Below are positions 34,976 to 46,247 of a stretch of DNA of 64,000 nucleotides, one piece after another. The notes under the pieces are model-generated. The model ran no database searches and was not told where the DNA came from. It saw only the letters and a list, made by a program, of their open reading frames with translations. Source of the stretch: a virus; the IMG/VR virus record IMGVR_UViG_3300046332_000238, positions 40,720-104,719 of that record; one strand, written 5' to 3'. A program made the translations under genes and the position numbers. The first letter of the stretch is position 1. Each line of letters begins with the position of its first letter.

Positions 34976-35995
34976 ATGGCAGAAATTACGATTGGTCAAA
35001 CTTCTGGAGTATCTGGGCCAACTGCGCCACTATTTATTAGTCCATATGATACGAAATACCTACAGTATCCAAGAGATTTGGCTACAACACCAAAACTACA
35101 CTCTGTTAATTTTAGAGCATACGCCATTGAAGCAAAAGCACTATCCGACGCGGTTCAATCATTACGCGAACCATTAACACAACTATCCAACATAACTACT
35201 GGTGATGCTGTTAATGCCGCTGCTGGTGTTGCTCAAGCAACTGTAAACGGAACAATTGCTGTAGTTAATGGTGGTTCTTCATTGCCGGATATAACAGTCA
35301 ATTCAGTAATAAATGGATTACAGAGTGGTGTTGATAGTGCCGCAGAATCAGGAATTAAAATTAATAGTGCTATTAATAGTTTAAACAAAATTAGTCGCTC
35401 AACAATTGCCAAAGACAGTATAACATTATATATGCCAGAGAATGTACAATTCTCATATGCGGCACAATATGGCAATTTAAGTATTGCTGAAGCATTAGAG
35501 TCTGTTCCATTGGTTAAAGGCGTCGCAAAAGCAATCACATCAACAATCGGCAAAGAAGGAAATGCAGCAGCCAGATTGCTATTAAATGCAGCAGGTTATG
35601 TTTTTAACCCACAACAACAAGTATTATTTGAGGGTATTGACTTCAGAGAATATAGCATGACCTTCACTTTTACTCCATTTAACAAACAAGAATCTGATGA
35701 AGTTGCACAGATCATCAAATCATTCAGAAAAAATGCTGCACCAACAATAGTAAAAGCTACTGGCGGTTTCTTTTTTAATCCACCAGCGGTTTTTGATATA
35801 ACATATCTGTTCAATAGTGCTCTTAATAATAATATAAGTCAAGTAAAACGTAGTGTGTTGAAGAATGTTGATGTTAATTATGCACCAAATGGTTGGGCAA
35901 CACACGAAGATGGTTCACCAGTACAAATAGTTATGTCATTAAACTTCCAAGAAATAGAATTGGTTGATAGTGCAGACATTGAGAACGGTTACTAA
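34976..35995 (+). CDS. 48: baseplate tail-tube cap gp48
   Basis: LYMP, NP....LFEG..FR...F.F.P, VNYAPNG, L.FQE. Confidence 0.8.
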   Translation: MAEITIGQTSGVSGPTAPLFISPYDTKYLQYPRDLATTPKLHSVNFRAYAIEAKALSDAVQSLREPLTQLSNITTGDAVNAAAGVAQATVNGTIAVVNGGSSLPDITVNSVINGLQSGVDSAAESGIKINSAINSLNKISRSTIAKDSITLYMPENVQFSYAAQYGNLSIAEALESVPLVKGVAKAITSTIGKEGNAAARLLLNAAGYVFNPQQQVLFEGIDFREYSMTFTFTPFNKQESDEVAQIIKSFRKNAAPTIVKATGGFFFNPPAVFDITYLFNSALNNNISQVKRSVLKNVDVNYAPNGWATHEDGSPVQIVMSLNFQEIELVDSADIENGY

Positions 35996-35996
35996 T

Positions 35997-36590
35997 ATGA
36001 ATTACTTTAAATCTTTACCTAAAATTTTAATTATAGATGGCAATACATCAATAGTTGCCACAAATTTAATGGCTCGTGCCAGTATTATTGCTGATCTGTT
36101 AAAGAATCCGTTGTTGCTTTATTCATATGATATACAAGATACGGATACACCAGAAATTATTGCACACAAATATTATGGTGATGTTGAACGATATTGGTTG
36201 GTCATGTTTGCAAACCAATTATTAGATCCACAATGGGATTGGCCAATGAATGGTCGAGTATTTTCTGACTTTTTGGATAAAAAATATACACCAGAAACTT
36301 TGGTTGATGCACATCACTATGAAAAGATTATTACACAAACAGATTCTGGTACCAATACAGTAACTACCGAAACAATTATAATAGATTCTAACACATATTC
36401 AAGTTTAACACCTTCCATCACATCATATACTTTACCAACGGGTATTGTAACCGTTGATGTATCCAAACGCATTGTTGACAACTATACATATGAAGTCGAA
36501 ACAAACGAATCAAAACGTAATATTAAATTATTAAACAAGGTATATGCATCACAGATGGAAGATCAGTTAAACACATTGATGAGAAAATAA
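35997..36590 (+). CDS. 53: baseplate wedge gp53
   Basis: YF..LP, DTPE.IA.KYYG....YW.V...N...DP..DWP, NE.KR.IK. Confidence 0.85.
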   Translation: MNYFKSLPKILIIDGNTSIVATNLMARASIIADLLKNPLLLYSYDIQDTDTPEIIAHKYYGDVERYWLVMFANQLLDPQWDWPMNGRVFSDFLDKKYTPETLVDAHHYEKIITQTDSGTNTVTTETIIIDSNTYSSLTPSITSYTLPTGIVTVDVSKRIVDNYTYEVETNESKRNIKLLNKVYASQMEDQLNTLMRK

Positions 36591-36591
36591 T

Positions 36592-37965
36592 ATGAGTGAC
36601 AATGCAAACTCACCAAGTGAAAAATATTTTAATGCACAAGACGCAAGTGTAGATAAATTAAAAATAACCACAGCAAGTGGACAAGTAATTGATGTAAAAT
36701 ATCTTTTAATTGAATTGTCATATTATGAAGATATTTACAATTTTGTGACTTCAGGATATATGTTATTGAGAGATGCTGTTGGTCTAATCGAAAAATACCA
36801 ATTAACCGGCAGAGAAACTGTTGAATTGAGTTTTGGTAAAGTTTCTGATATCAATAGAAAATCACAAACATTCCGACTTTATTCAATACCAACGAAGAAT
36901 CCAGTTGGTAATCTGACTAGTGAATTTATAAAATTGCATTTTTGTTCTGAAGAATTACTGTTGTCTGAACAAACCAAAGTCACTCAAGCATTTCGTGGCA
37001 CCAAAATATCAGACATTATTCGAAGTGTATTGGTAAATAATTTAAAAGTGGACGCAAAAATTAAACCACTCATTATTCAAGACACAACAGGTGTGTATGA
37101 TTTTAATATACCAACAATAAATCCACTAGAAACAATCAGTTGGTTGTCCACATATGCAAGACCAGCGGCAAATGGACTCATTGGTGCAGATATGTTGTTT
37201 TTTGAAACAAAGAATGGTTTCAATTTCAAGTCATTAGGTACGTTGTATTCTGAACCCATCTATAAGACATATAAATATCAGTTGCAAAATATTGTTGATA
37301 TTGATGACCCAGCATCTCAGAGTGTTGTATCAATATTAGACTATGAATTTATAAGAACATTTGATAATTTGAATGATATATCATCAGGTACTTTTTCAAA
37401 TAGACTAATTTCTATTGATCCACTGACAAGAACAAGAACAGTTACAGATTTTGATTACTCGAAATACAAAGGTGCATCATTAAATGAGGGTAGTGTTTTA
37501 AATACCAATCAAAATAGATTGGGCAAGACACAGAGCCAATCATATGAAGGCACACTAAAATTAGCAGTTGGTAATTCAAATCAAACCACAAATAAAAACA
37601 TAGAATCCGGTACAATAAAACCTGGTTCAGTAGGCAAAGACATTTTTATCGAAACATTTGTACCAAACAGAACATCACAAATATCTCTAGCAAACCACAC
37701 ACTAGTCAAGATTAAGATACCAGGTGATGCCGGTATTACTGCTGGGCGAACAGTCGATTTTAATTTACAATCAATTGCCAATAGTGGAACAGGACAATTA
37801 GATCAACTATATTCAGGTAAATATTTGGTAACTGCTGTGCGACACATATTGCAATCACAAGGTGTTTTTCAAACCGTGTTAGAATTAGCAAAAGATAGTA
37901 CACCAGTACAAGTAGGTTCATTCAAATATAATGATGGAGTACCACAACAAGGAACATTTGCATGA
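36592..37965 (+). CDS. baseplate hub protein (gp27-like position)
   Basis: FFE...GF.FKS, PG.....G..V, SGKYLVTAVRH; between gp53 and gp5. Confidence 0.7.
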   Translation: MSDNANSPSEKYFNAQDASVDKLKITTASGQVIDVKYLLIELSYYEDIYNFVTSGYMLLRDAVGLIEKYQLTGRETVELSFGKVSDINRKSQTFRLYSIPTKNPVGNLTSEFIKLHFCSEELLLSEQTKVTQAFRGTKISDIIRSVLVNNLKVDAKIKPLIIQDTTGVYDFNIPTINPLETISWLSTYARPAANGLIGADMLFFETKNGFNFKSLGTLYSEPIYKTYKYQLQNIVDIDDPASQSVVSILDYEFIRTFDNLNDISSGTFSNRLISIDPLTRTRTVTDFDYSKYKGASLNEGSVLNTNQNRLGKTQSQSYEGTLKLAVGNSNQTTNKNIESGTIKPGSVGKDIFIETFVPNRTSQISLANHTLVKIKIPGDAGITAGRTVDFNLQSIANSGTGQLDQLYSGKYLVTAVRHILQSQGVFQTVLELAKDSTPVQVGSFKYNDGVPQQGTFA

Positions 37966-38282
37966 TGAATAATTTTTTAGGTAAAGATAACTTTATCTGG
38001 TGGGTAGGTTCAATTGAAGATAGAATGGATCCATTAGGTCTTGGTCGATGTAAAGTTCGTATATTTGGATGGTATGATGATGGTAATCCAGATTCAATAT
38101 CAAAAATAAAAACAGTTGATCTGCCATGGGCGTTGCCTTTACTTCCATTGAACAATTCGAGATCATTTTCTGCACCAGAAATTGGTGATTGGGTTATGGG
38201 TTTCTTTTTTGACGGTGAAGCAGGTCAATTTCCAGTGATGATGGGTGTTTTACCTGGTTTTACTGCACCAAAGACACAATAA
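37962..38282 (+). CDS. 5: gp5 N-terminal OB-fold as a separate ORF
   Basis: WW.G..EDR.DPL.LGR..VRIFG, LPWA, G.WV.GFF.DG...Q.P...G. Confidence 0.85.
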   Translation: MMNNFLGKDNFIWWVGSIEDRMDPLGLGRCKVRIFGWYDDGNPDSISKIKTVDLPWALPLLPLNNSRSFSAPEIGDWVMGFFFDGEAGQFPVMMGVLPGFTAPKTQ

Positions 38283-38291
38283 GGATTCAAA

Positions 38292-39197
38292 ATGACAAAT
38301 GAAACATCGGTCAATTTAGGTAGTTTTGGTTCATTAAATTTCACAGTTAAAGAGAATTTACCACCAAATTCACCGTTTGGTACTTTGTTGAACAAAGTTG
38401 GTGTTCAAACAACACCTCCATTAGCACGAGGTTATGTAACAAACTCTGCTATCGATTTACTCAATGGCAATCTGGCACATGTATGTGACTTTAAATTTAT
38501 TGTAAATTTTGACATAATGGGTTCATTAGGATTAATTAACCCTATCGATGCATTACAAAAAGCCATTCGTAATGCAAAATTAGCCGCTGCATCTAGATTG
38601 CGTTTGTTATTACAAGATGTAATTGCAGCATTTCGTGCAGCTGCTGATGCCATTACACAAGCAATGTCTTTGGACCCAAGTGGAACTCTTTCCTTCTATT
38701 GGTCACAAGGCAAAGATATCATATCAAAAATTAATGACGTTATAGAATTTATTGCAGAGAAGGTCGAATTGGTATTAACAGAAGTATTTTTTGCAAAAAT
38801 GATCTTGGAACTGATTGAGTGGATTAAAAGTCTACCTGAAAAAGTTAAGAATTTGTTACTATCTTGTTTAAATAATTTTACCAGTTCAATAAAACAATTA
38901 GCCTCCTCATTAAAATCTATACCAGATCAAATTGTTAACCTAACAACATCACAGATTCAGGCGATTGCAAATGAATTTACTGCAATATCTCAAACTACTG
39001 TTGACGATTTAACGAGTAGTCAAGGCACAAATACACCACAAGTGATTAGTGAAATATTTAATTCACCTGGCAGTACGGCAACAAACACACCAAGTATTGT
39101 TACTGCTGTGCAAGATTTTATAACTACAAATGTGCCTTCAACTGAAAAGATTGAAGGTCAAAAATTTCCGACAGTCAGTGGAAGCAATTCACCTTAA
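38292..39197 (+). CDS. hypothetical helical protein between the gp5 parts
   Basis: AAGGA RBS, 301 aa. Confidence 0.7.
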   Translation: MTNETSVNLGSFGSLNFTVKENLPPNSPFGTLLNKVGVQTTPPLARGYVTNSAIDLLNGNLAHVCDFKFIVNFDIMGSLGLINPIDALQKAIRNAKLAAASRLRLLLQDVIAAFRAAADAITQAMSLDPSGTLSFYWSQGKDIISKINDVIEFIAEKVELVLTEVFFAKMILELIEWIKSLPEKVKNLLLSCLNNFTSSIKQLASSLKSIPDQIVNLTTSQIQAIANEFTAISQTTVDDLTSSQGTNTPQVISEIFNSPGSTATNTPSIVTAVQDFITTNVPSTEKIEGQKFPTVSGSNSP

Positions 39198-39209
39198 TAG
39201 GATTACATA

Positions 39210-40058
39210 ATGTCATTACCAAAACCAGACTTTGTGACAGCATGGACAGAACCAGTATCTGCTGCAAATACAGATTATCAACCTGTATATCCATATAATA
39301 ATGTCACACAAACTAAAGGTGGTCACTCATTTGAAATGGATGACACACCAACACGAGAACGCATTCGACTGCAACATGGTAAAGGAACGTTTCTTGAGAT
39401 GCATCCTACAGGTGATGAAGTACACAAGATCATCGGCGACGGTTATCACATCACATTGGGTGACCACAATATTGCAATTGGTGTTGATGATGGCAATTTG
39501 GCAAAAAAATTAAACATTACTGTTTATGGTGACGCATATTTTTGGGTGCAAGGTAATAAAATTGAACAAGTTGATGGTAATGTAGAACAACACGTTAAAG
39601 GCAATTACACACAAACTGTTGAAGGCATGATTACAACCACATCATTTGGCAATATGAAAATTAATGCCGGCGGTGCATTATTGGGAAAATTAACAATTAA
39701 TACAGCAAATGAAGTCAGACTCAATTCTGACCTAAATGTGAGTGGTGCATTACATGCAAAAGGAATTGTATCAGACAATCGAGTTGATGCTGGTTTAGGT
39801 ATGAGTGCAGGTATAGCAGGATTTGTAACACAAACTGGTGGAGTTTCAGTTGGTATTCCTGTTGCAGTACCTGGTCAAATTGTTGCTGCAGGTTCAATCA
39901 CTTCATTTACTAGTGTTAATGCTCCTTTAGGTAACTTTGGTATATCATCATCTATATTGGCATTTGACATTGTAAATCAATTGTTGCGTAGAGTGCATAT
40001 TCATGTGGCACCAGAAGGACCTACATCTCCACCAGTAACTAATGAAGTATCAGCTTAA
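39210..40058 (+). CDS. gp5 C-terminal beta-helix spike
   Basis: YPYNNV..T..GH.FE.DDTP..ERI...H..GT; terminal HxH. Confidence 0.85.
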   Translation: MSLPKPDFVTAWTEPVSAANTDYQPVYPYNNVTQTKGGHSFEMDDTPTRERIRLQHGKGTFLEMHPTGDEVHKIIGDGYHITLGDHNIAIGVDDGNLAKKLNITVYGDAYFWVQGNKIEQVDGNVEQHVKGNYTQTVEGMITTTSFGNMKINAGGALLGKLTINTANEVRLNSDLNVSGALHAKGIVSDNRVDAGLGMSAGIAGFVTQTGGVSVGIPVAVPGQIVAAGSITSFTSVNAPLGNFGISSSILAFDIVNQLLRRVHIHVAPEGPTSPPVTNEVSA

Positions 40059-40066
40059 GGAATATT

Positions 40067-40897
40067 ATGAGTTCGAGTATATACGCGAGATTAAATTACA
40101 GTTTTCCAGATCCATCAGCAAATACAGTAATACAAGCTTTGTCTCCTGAAGTATTGGTGCAGATGAATGCTACACCACAGTTCATGAACGCATGGCAACA
40201 AGAAGATGTTGCTACAGGCAATACATCTGGTTATTATGTTAATCCTATGACCACTGTGATTGCAAATATAAAATTGGCAGCAAATAATTTGTTGAGTAGT
40301 GGTCAAGCCACAGGCACGACAAATGCAATTACAACACTAATATCATCAGCATACACCGATGCACAAGACATTTTTGAAAATACTGCTGATGGATTTTTAT
40401 ATCATACAAATAGACTATCAAATGTAATTCCTGCGGATCAAAATATTACAGAGCCACATTTTGAAACAGCAATGGGTATTGGTAAAATGATGATGTATTT
40501 TACAAATCAATCCGATAATATACAAAATAACTCACCAATATTAGGCAGTTTTACCAGTCTGTTCATCGAAGATACTTTATCTGCCTATGCAAATACATCA
40601 AACACCCAATCAAATTTGTATGCCAATACTGTGACATTCATACCGATGGCTGGAACATATACATCCAACATCAGTCTGGCCAATGCACAGTCTTTGGCAA
40701 ATGCGTATTACAACCTGAATATCACGATGAAAAACTTCAGAAATCAAGATAATGTGTTTTTTCAAAATTCATCTTTGGTTTTGAATGATTTCAACAAAGT
40801 TAACCAGTTCTCTACAATGGGTCAAACTGAATCAGATTTGATTCAAAATTACATTGGATCACCTAAATTGTTATCCAGATTAAATGCAAACACATAA
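40067..40897 (+). CDS. hypothetical virion protein
   Basis: AAGGA RBS, in structural operon. Confidence 0.7.
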   Translation: MSSSIYARLNYSFPDPSANTVIQALSPEVLVQMNATPQFMNAWQQEDVATGNTSGYYVNPMTTVIANIKLAANNLLSSGQATGTTNAITTLISSAYTDAQDIFENTADGFLYHTNRLSNVIPADQNITEPHFETAMGIGKMMMYFTNQSDNIQNNSPILGSFTSLFIEDTLSAYANTSNTQSNLYANTVTFIPMAGTYTSNISLANAQSLANAYYNLNITMKNFRNQDNVFFQNSSLVLNDFNKVNQFSTMGQTESDLIQNYIGSPKLLSRLNANT

Positions 40898-40985
40898 AAT
40901 TCGAAAATTTACGCTCCGGCCCAAGAATTTTCTCCACGACTTTCAAAAGTCCAAAAAAGCGTTTTACTCCTACGATAAATAAACA

Positions 40986-41378
40986 ATGGCAAATGTAACC
41001 AAAATATACTCAGACATAGACTTCACCTTCATAAAAAAACCTGTGACGGCGGATGTTGCACTCAGTTATGATGCACAAGCTGTTATTCGGTCAATACGAA
41101 ATCTAATATTGTCAAAACACTATGAGAGACTCTGGAATCCAGATTTAGGTTCAAATGTTGATGCTTTATTATTCGAGTTAATAACACCTATGACAGCAAA
41201 GAACTTAGAAAGTGAAATTAAAGCAATCATCAATAACTATGAACCTAGAGCAACATTAAAAGAAATAACAGTGTCTCCGATGCCAGACAAGAATGCATAC
41301 AACATATTTTTAAGTTTCTTTTTAGAAAATGCAACATTACCAACAACAGTAACACTTCTTTTAGAGAGAAATAGATAA
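40986..41378 (+). CDS. 25: baseplate wedge gp25
   Basis: YSD.D..F...P...D, SIRNL....ER...P..GS, YEPR; ATAAATA upstream. Confidence 0.9.
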   Translation: MANVTKIYSDIDFTFIKKPVTADVALSYDAQAVIRSIRNLILSKHYERLWNPDLGSNVDALLFELITPMTAKNLESEIKAIINNYEPRATLKEITVSPMPDKNAYNIFLSFFLENATLPTTVTLLLERNR

Positions 41379-41379
41379 A

Positions 41380-43461
41380 ATGGCTGGTGCTAATTCACAA
41401 TTACAAATAACTGATCTTGATTTTAATACAATCAAGAAAAATCTAACTGACTTTTTAAAATCTCAAGACACTTTAAAGGATTATAACTACGAAGGTTCTG
41501 CTTTGTCTGTATTGTTGGATGTTATGGCATACAATACACAATACAACGCCTTCTATTTGAACATGGTTGCTAATGAAATGTTCTTGGATAGTGCAATTCA
41601 AAGAAATTCGGTAGTATCTCAAGCAAAACTACTGAATTATACACCTAAATCCGCACTTGCACCAGAAGCCAAACTCAATTTAATAGTCAATCAAGTTGTT
41701 GATTCTTCATTAACGTTACCCAAATTCACCACATTCATGTCGGAAGCAATTGATGGTGTGAACTATAATTTTGTAACAACAGATGAGACAACGGTAAATG
41801 TTATCAATAATGTTGCAACGTTTAGTGATATCACAATTAAACAAGGAACACCAACATCTATAGCATACACTGTGGATTCTATTTCGAATCCAAAATTTAC
41901 ATTTAAAATACCAAACACTAATGTCGATACAACTTCTTTGCAAGTTATTGTACAGACATCCACTCCCACTACACACGAAGATGTATATGCACCTGCAACA
42001 GATTACCTGACTTTAGATAAAAATTCGTTAGTATATTTCTTACAAGAAGGATTAAACGGATTCTTTGAAATCTTTTTTGGTGATGACACTTTAGGTAAAA
42101 AATTAACTGATGGTGATGTAGTAAAGATTTCTTATATCTTAACCGAAGGTGTAGCTGCAGCTGGCGCAAACAATTTTGTATTGATGAACTCTTTAAGTGG
42201 TTATTCGAATACTGCAATTTCACCTTTATCGGCTGCAACAGATGGATCAGCAAGAGAATCAATTTCTTCTATCAAATTCCAAGCACCTAAATCATATTCA
42301 GCACAGAACCGTGCGGTATCTAAAGAAGATTATATTACTGCGATTCAACAAAATAAATTAGGGTATGCATTTGATGCAGTCAGTGTATGGGGTGGCCAAG
42401 AGAATGATCCTCCTGTATATGGTCAAGTATTTGTTTCATTAAAACCTGCCGGTGCATTTGCGTTAACTGCAACGCAAAAAACTAGACTATTGCAAGAAGT
42501 TATTCGTCCTATTTCGGTGCTGACTGTTGAACCAACTATTGTTGATCCTGATTACACATATGTACAAATTAATGCAAATGTGTTATATGATCCTAAAAAA
42601 ACATCATTAACATCAGGACAAATACGAGAACAAGTTAAGGCAGCAATCAATAGTTACGCTTCTACATCATTAAATACATTCAATTCGACATTTCAATCAA
42701 CAAGTTTTAGTGAAGCAATCAGTGCAGTAAGTCCTGCAATCATCACAAATGAACTATCGATTCAATTGCAGAAAAAGTTCTTCCCTAATCTATCAACACC
42801 AACAACATACAAGTTCTACTATGGTGCAGAGTTAAAAAAGGGTATGTTTCAAAGTGGCATCAACAGTTCACCTTCTGTTTCATTCAGAGATCCTACAAAC
42901 TTAACCAATACAATTGCAGGCATTTTTATTGAAGAAGTTCCATCATCGAGTGGTGGTGTTGAATCTATTTCAATATTAAATCCGGGTTTTGGTTACCAGT
43001 CATCACCAACCGTAACCATCTTGGGTGACGGTACAGGTGCGACAGCACAAGCAACTATAAATGCTAACGGAACAATAAAAGAAATCACCATATTGACTCC
43101 TGGTACAGGATACACCAGTGCAATTGCAACAATCACACCTGCAACGAATGATACAACTGGACAATTAGGTGCAGTTATTGTCAACCTAGAAGGTCGTTAT
43201 GGTACATTAAGAACTTTCTATAACAATACACAGAATGTCAAAACCATATTTAATCCAAACATTGGAACAGTTGATTATAAAACAGGTTTGGTGACACTGA
43301 ATTCGTTTGGACCACTTGATGTTGACAATCCATTAGGACAATTAACCTTGTCTGTTAATCCAATAACAACTATTGTTTCATCATCTTTCAGTAGAATTAT
43401 TACTGTTGATCCTTTTGACGCAAATGCTGTTGTTGTTAATGTTAGAGCAAAAACCGCATGA
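41380..43461 (+). CDS. 6: baseplate wedge gp6
   Basis: LDF..IK..L, DY..EGS, NE.FLDSA..R, QNRAV...DY, WGG. Confidence 0.92.
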   Translation: MAGANSQLQITDLDFNTIKKNLTDFLKSQDTLKDYNYEGSALSVLLDVMAYNTQYNAFYLNMVANEMFLDSAIQRNSVVSQAKLLNYTPKSALAPEAKLNLIVNQVVDSSLTLPKFTTFMSEAIDGVNYNFVTTDETTVNVINNVATFSDITIKQGTPTSIAYTVDSISNPKFTFKIPNTNVDTTSLQVIVQTSTPTTHEDVYAPATDYLTLDKNSLVYFLQEGLNGFFEIFFGDDTLGKKLTDGDVVKISYILTEGVAAAGANNFVLMNSLSGYSNTAISPLSAATDGSARESISSIKFQAPKSYSAQNRAVSKEDYITAIQQNKLGYAFDAVSVWGGQENDPPVYGQVFVSLKPAGAFALTATQKTRLLQEVIRPISVLTVEPTIVDPDYTYVQINANVLYDPKKTSLTSGQIREQVKAAINSYASTSLNTFNSTFQSTSFSEAISAVSPAIITNELSIQLQKKFFPNLSTPTTYKFYYGAELKKGMFQSGINSSPSVSFRDPTNLTNTIAGIFIEEVPSSSGGVESISILNPGFGYQSSPTVTILGDGTGATAQATINANGTIKEITILTPGTGYTSAIATITPATNDTTGQLGAVIVNLEGRYGTLRTFYNNTQNVKTIFNPNIGTVDYKTGLVTLNSFGPLDVDNPLGQLTLSVNPITTIVSSSFSRIITVDPFDANAVVVNVRAKTA

Positions 43462-46244
43462 TAGTCAACGACCAATTAACTTCGTTATTAGTTCCTACTC
43501 AACTACCTGAGTTTATCAGGGACAATCCAGACTATGGTAATTTTGTCTTATTTCTAAAGGCATATTACGAATGGATGGAGAAGAATGGTCAGGTAACTGA
43601 TAGATCAAAAAATCTTGTAAACTATAAAGACATTGATAGAACGACTGATGAATTCATTAGTTATTTTACCAATGACTTTTTACCGAACTTTCCAAAAGAC
43701 ATTTTAATTGACGAAAGAGAAGCTGTCAAGTTTGCTAGACAATTATATAAGTCAAAAGGTACACCATCATCTTATAAGTTCCTATTCAGAATCTTATTTA
43801 ATTCAGACTTTGATGTATTTTACACTAAAGATGCGGTCTTAAAGGCGTCTGCTGGTACATGGTATATTCCAAGAAGTTTGAAGTTGGCATCTAGTGATGA
43901 TAATTTTTTAAACATCACAAATCTTCGTTTGTTTGGTGAAGAAACCAAATCAATTGCAACCGTTGAAACCTCAGTAAAATCAGGTACTAAAACTGAAGTA
44001 TTCATTTCAGACATTGAACGTCTGTTTCAATCTGGAGAATTTGTTCGTGTCGTTGATAATAATAATCAAACAGTGTTGTTTGGTGGTCAACCACTACGAG
44101 CAAAGATTGTAGGTCAGATCAGTCAGATTAAAATTGATACAAACAATAGAGGATTATTATATGAAGTAGGTGATCCTGTTATTGTTTACAATGGTTTAAA
44201 CTCAAACACAAGTCCAAGTGCAATTGCAGAAGTTGGTTCGACAACAACAGGTTCAATTCAACGTATTAATGTGGTTGATGGTGCATTTGGTTACACACTG
44301 AGTTCAACAATCAACATCACTAATGCACCAGGCGCATCAGCTTCTGTTGGAACGTTAAATCCTAATCCAAATTCGACAGCAAATATTGCAATACCTACCG
44401 ACACCATCACACTAAAAAGATTCATTGAAATTGGTAATGGTAACTACAATTTCTCCAATACCGTTGTTGCAAATGCAAATACTACGCTTGCAGAAGCATT
44501 AACATTTGAAATATTCGATACTCATCCAATATCGTCAGTGATCGTCAATAATGGTGGCGGTGGTATTAGACAGATTCCACAAGTAATAGCACAATCAAAC
44601 TTCACTAATGATGCACTTGGTACATCACTGATATCTTCATTGGGTATATTGTCACCTATACAAATTGCCAGTGGTGGCCATGGTTATCAGGCAAATGACA
44701 CCATCATTTTTACTGGCGGTAATGGTGTTGGTGCAAAAGCAAATGTCATAACAGTTGATGGTAATGGTGCAATCACTAATGTTGCATATGTATATGGACC
44801 AACAGTTCAGTATCCATTAGGTGGTTTGGGATACAAATCAATTAATTTACCAACACTAACCATAAATTCATCAAATGTACAGGCTGCAAATGCACAATTA
44901 TATGTACCTGGCATATTAGGTGAAGGTGCAAGTTTCTCTGTTATTGTGGACCGTGCAGGTTCAATCACGACAATTAAGGTGACAAGTGGTGGTGAGGATT
45001 ATATTTCTGCACCAAATGTTTCATTGAAAATTCAAGACATTGTTGTTTCGAATGTATCAATATCAAATCTACCACGAAAAGGTGATCCGATATATCAAGG
45101 TGCAAACATTAATGTACAGACGTATATTGCAACAGTAAATTCAGTTTCGTTGTTGCAAGCAAACGAAGATCCTGCATTATCATTGTATAACTTGCGTGTA
45201 TTTAATTACACTTCTGTTCCAAACACCACATTGCAATTAAACATCGACAGACCACTTGATAATATTCACCTAACAATGGCGAATGTTGCGTTCTCGAATG
45301 TATATAATTCAAATGGTATAAGAACATATGGTGATGGTACCGCAAAGGCAAAGGCAAGTTTCTTAAATGGTTTGGTGATTGGCCAAGGACAATACTTAAC
45401 ATCACAAGGTCACCCAAGTTCATTTGATGTTCTACAAAATGATGTGTTTAATAATTTTACATACCAAATTACAGTAGAAAAAGAAATTGCAAAGTATAGA
45501 GAAACATTGTTGAACCTATTGCATCCTACGGGCATGAAAGTGTTGGGTAGATTTGCAATGAAAGCAAATAATAATTTTGTATTTAATGGTGTCGAAGGTC
45601 TATCTCAAGGTCATCCACTATCATTCTATACAGGTTATCCTGGTTCTTCAATTTCTATGTACTCTGATTTTGTAAATAAGAGTAACAACATATTACACTT
45701 TGAAGAACTTGCTGGTGCTAATATTGCAGAATTTATTTTTGCAAATAGTACAATTGAAGTTGCACCAGTTAATGGTCCTAAGATTCGTTCAACAATTATC
45801 TCATTAGACTATGTAGCAAACACAGTTGTATTGACAGATAATAGTTGGTTAACTTTTGCAAATGTTGCATATGTACAAGCGAACTCTGGTTCGAACGTCA
45901 TAAATATAGTATCAATGACAGATAGTTATGATATCGTCAATAACAAACAATACAGTAACACATCATATCCTTTAATGGACATTGCGTTTGTTGGTGACAA
46001 AGTATTGATTGCAAACAATACAAGCAAAACTATTAAGAGTATAGATTACATTAATGGTGTTATCACATTAACATCCAATCTATCCGCAAATGCCAACTCG
46101 TTAATGGCAGTCAATAGAACAGTATCAGCACAAACATCAGTTACAATTTATGGACCAGTTGGTTTACAATATGTTCCAGAACTAATTACAGAAAACGGTT
46201 TCACGTTAATAACAGAAGATGGTCAAATCATCCTATTGGGGTAA
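43458..46244 (+). CDS. 7: baseplate wedge initiator gp7-like
   Basis: QLPEF, FLKAYYEW.E, Y..KGT..S..FLFR.LF, HP.G. Confidence 0.8.
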   Translation: MIVNDQLTSLLVPTQLPEFIRDNPDYGNFVLFLKAYYEWMEKNGQVTDRSKNLVNYKDIDRTTDEFISYFTNDFLPNFPKDILIDEREAVKFARQLYKSKGTPSSYKFLFRILFNSDFDVFYTKDAVLKASAGTWYIPRSLKLASSDDNFLNITNLRLFGEETKSIATVETSVKSGTKTEVFISDIERLFQSGEFVRVVDNNNQTVLFGGQPLRAKIVGQISQIKIDTNNRGLLYEVGDPVIVYNGLNSNTSPSAIAEVGSTTTGSIQRINVVDGAFGYTLSSTINITNAPGASASVGTLNPNPNSTANIAIPTDTITLKRFIEIGNGNYNFSNTVVANANTTLAEALTFEIFDTHPISSVIVNNGGGGIRQIPQVIAQSNFTNDALGTSLISSLGILSPIQIASGGHGYQANDTIIFTGGNGVGAKANVITVDGNGAITNVAYVYGPTVQYPLGGLGYKSINLPTLTINSSNVQAANAQLYVPGILGEGASFSVIVDRAGSITTIKVTSGGEDYISAPNVSLKIQDIVVSNVSISNLPRKGDPIYQGANINVQTYIATVNSVSLLQANEDPALSLYNLRVFNYTSVPNTTLQLNIDRPLDNIHLTMANVAFSNVYNSNGIRTYGDGTAKAKASFLNGLVIGQGQYLTSQGHPSSFDVLQNDVFNNFTYQITVEKEIAKYRETLLNLLHPTGMKVLGRFAMKANNNFVFNGVEGLSQGHPLSFYTGYPGSSISMYSDFVNKSNNILHFEELAGANIAEFIFANSTIEVAPVNGPKIRSTIISLDYVANTVVLTDNSWLTFANVAYVQANSGSNVINIVSMTDSYDIVNNKQYSNTSYPLMDIAFVGDKVLIANNTSKTIKSIDYINGVITLTSNLSANANSLMAVNRTVSAQTSVTIYGPVGLQYVPELITENGFTLITEDGQIILLG

Positions 46245-46247
46245 AGA

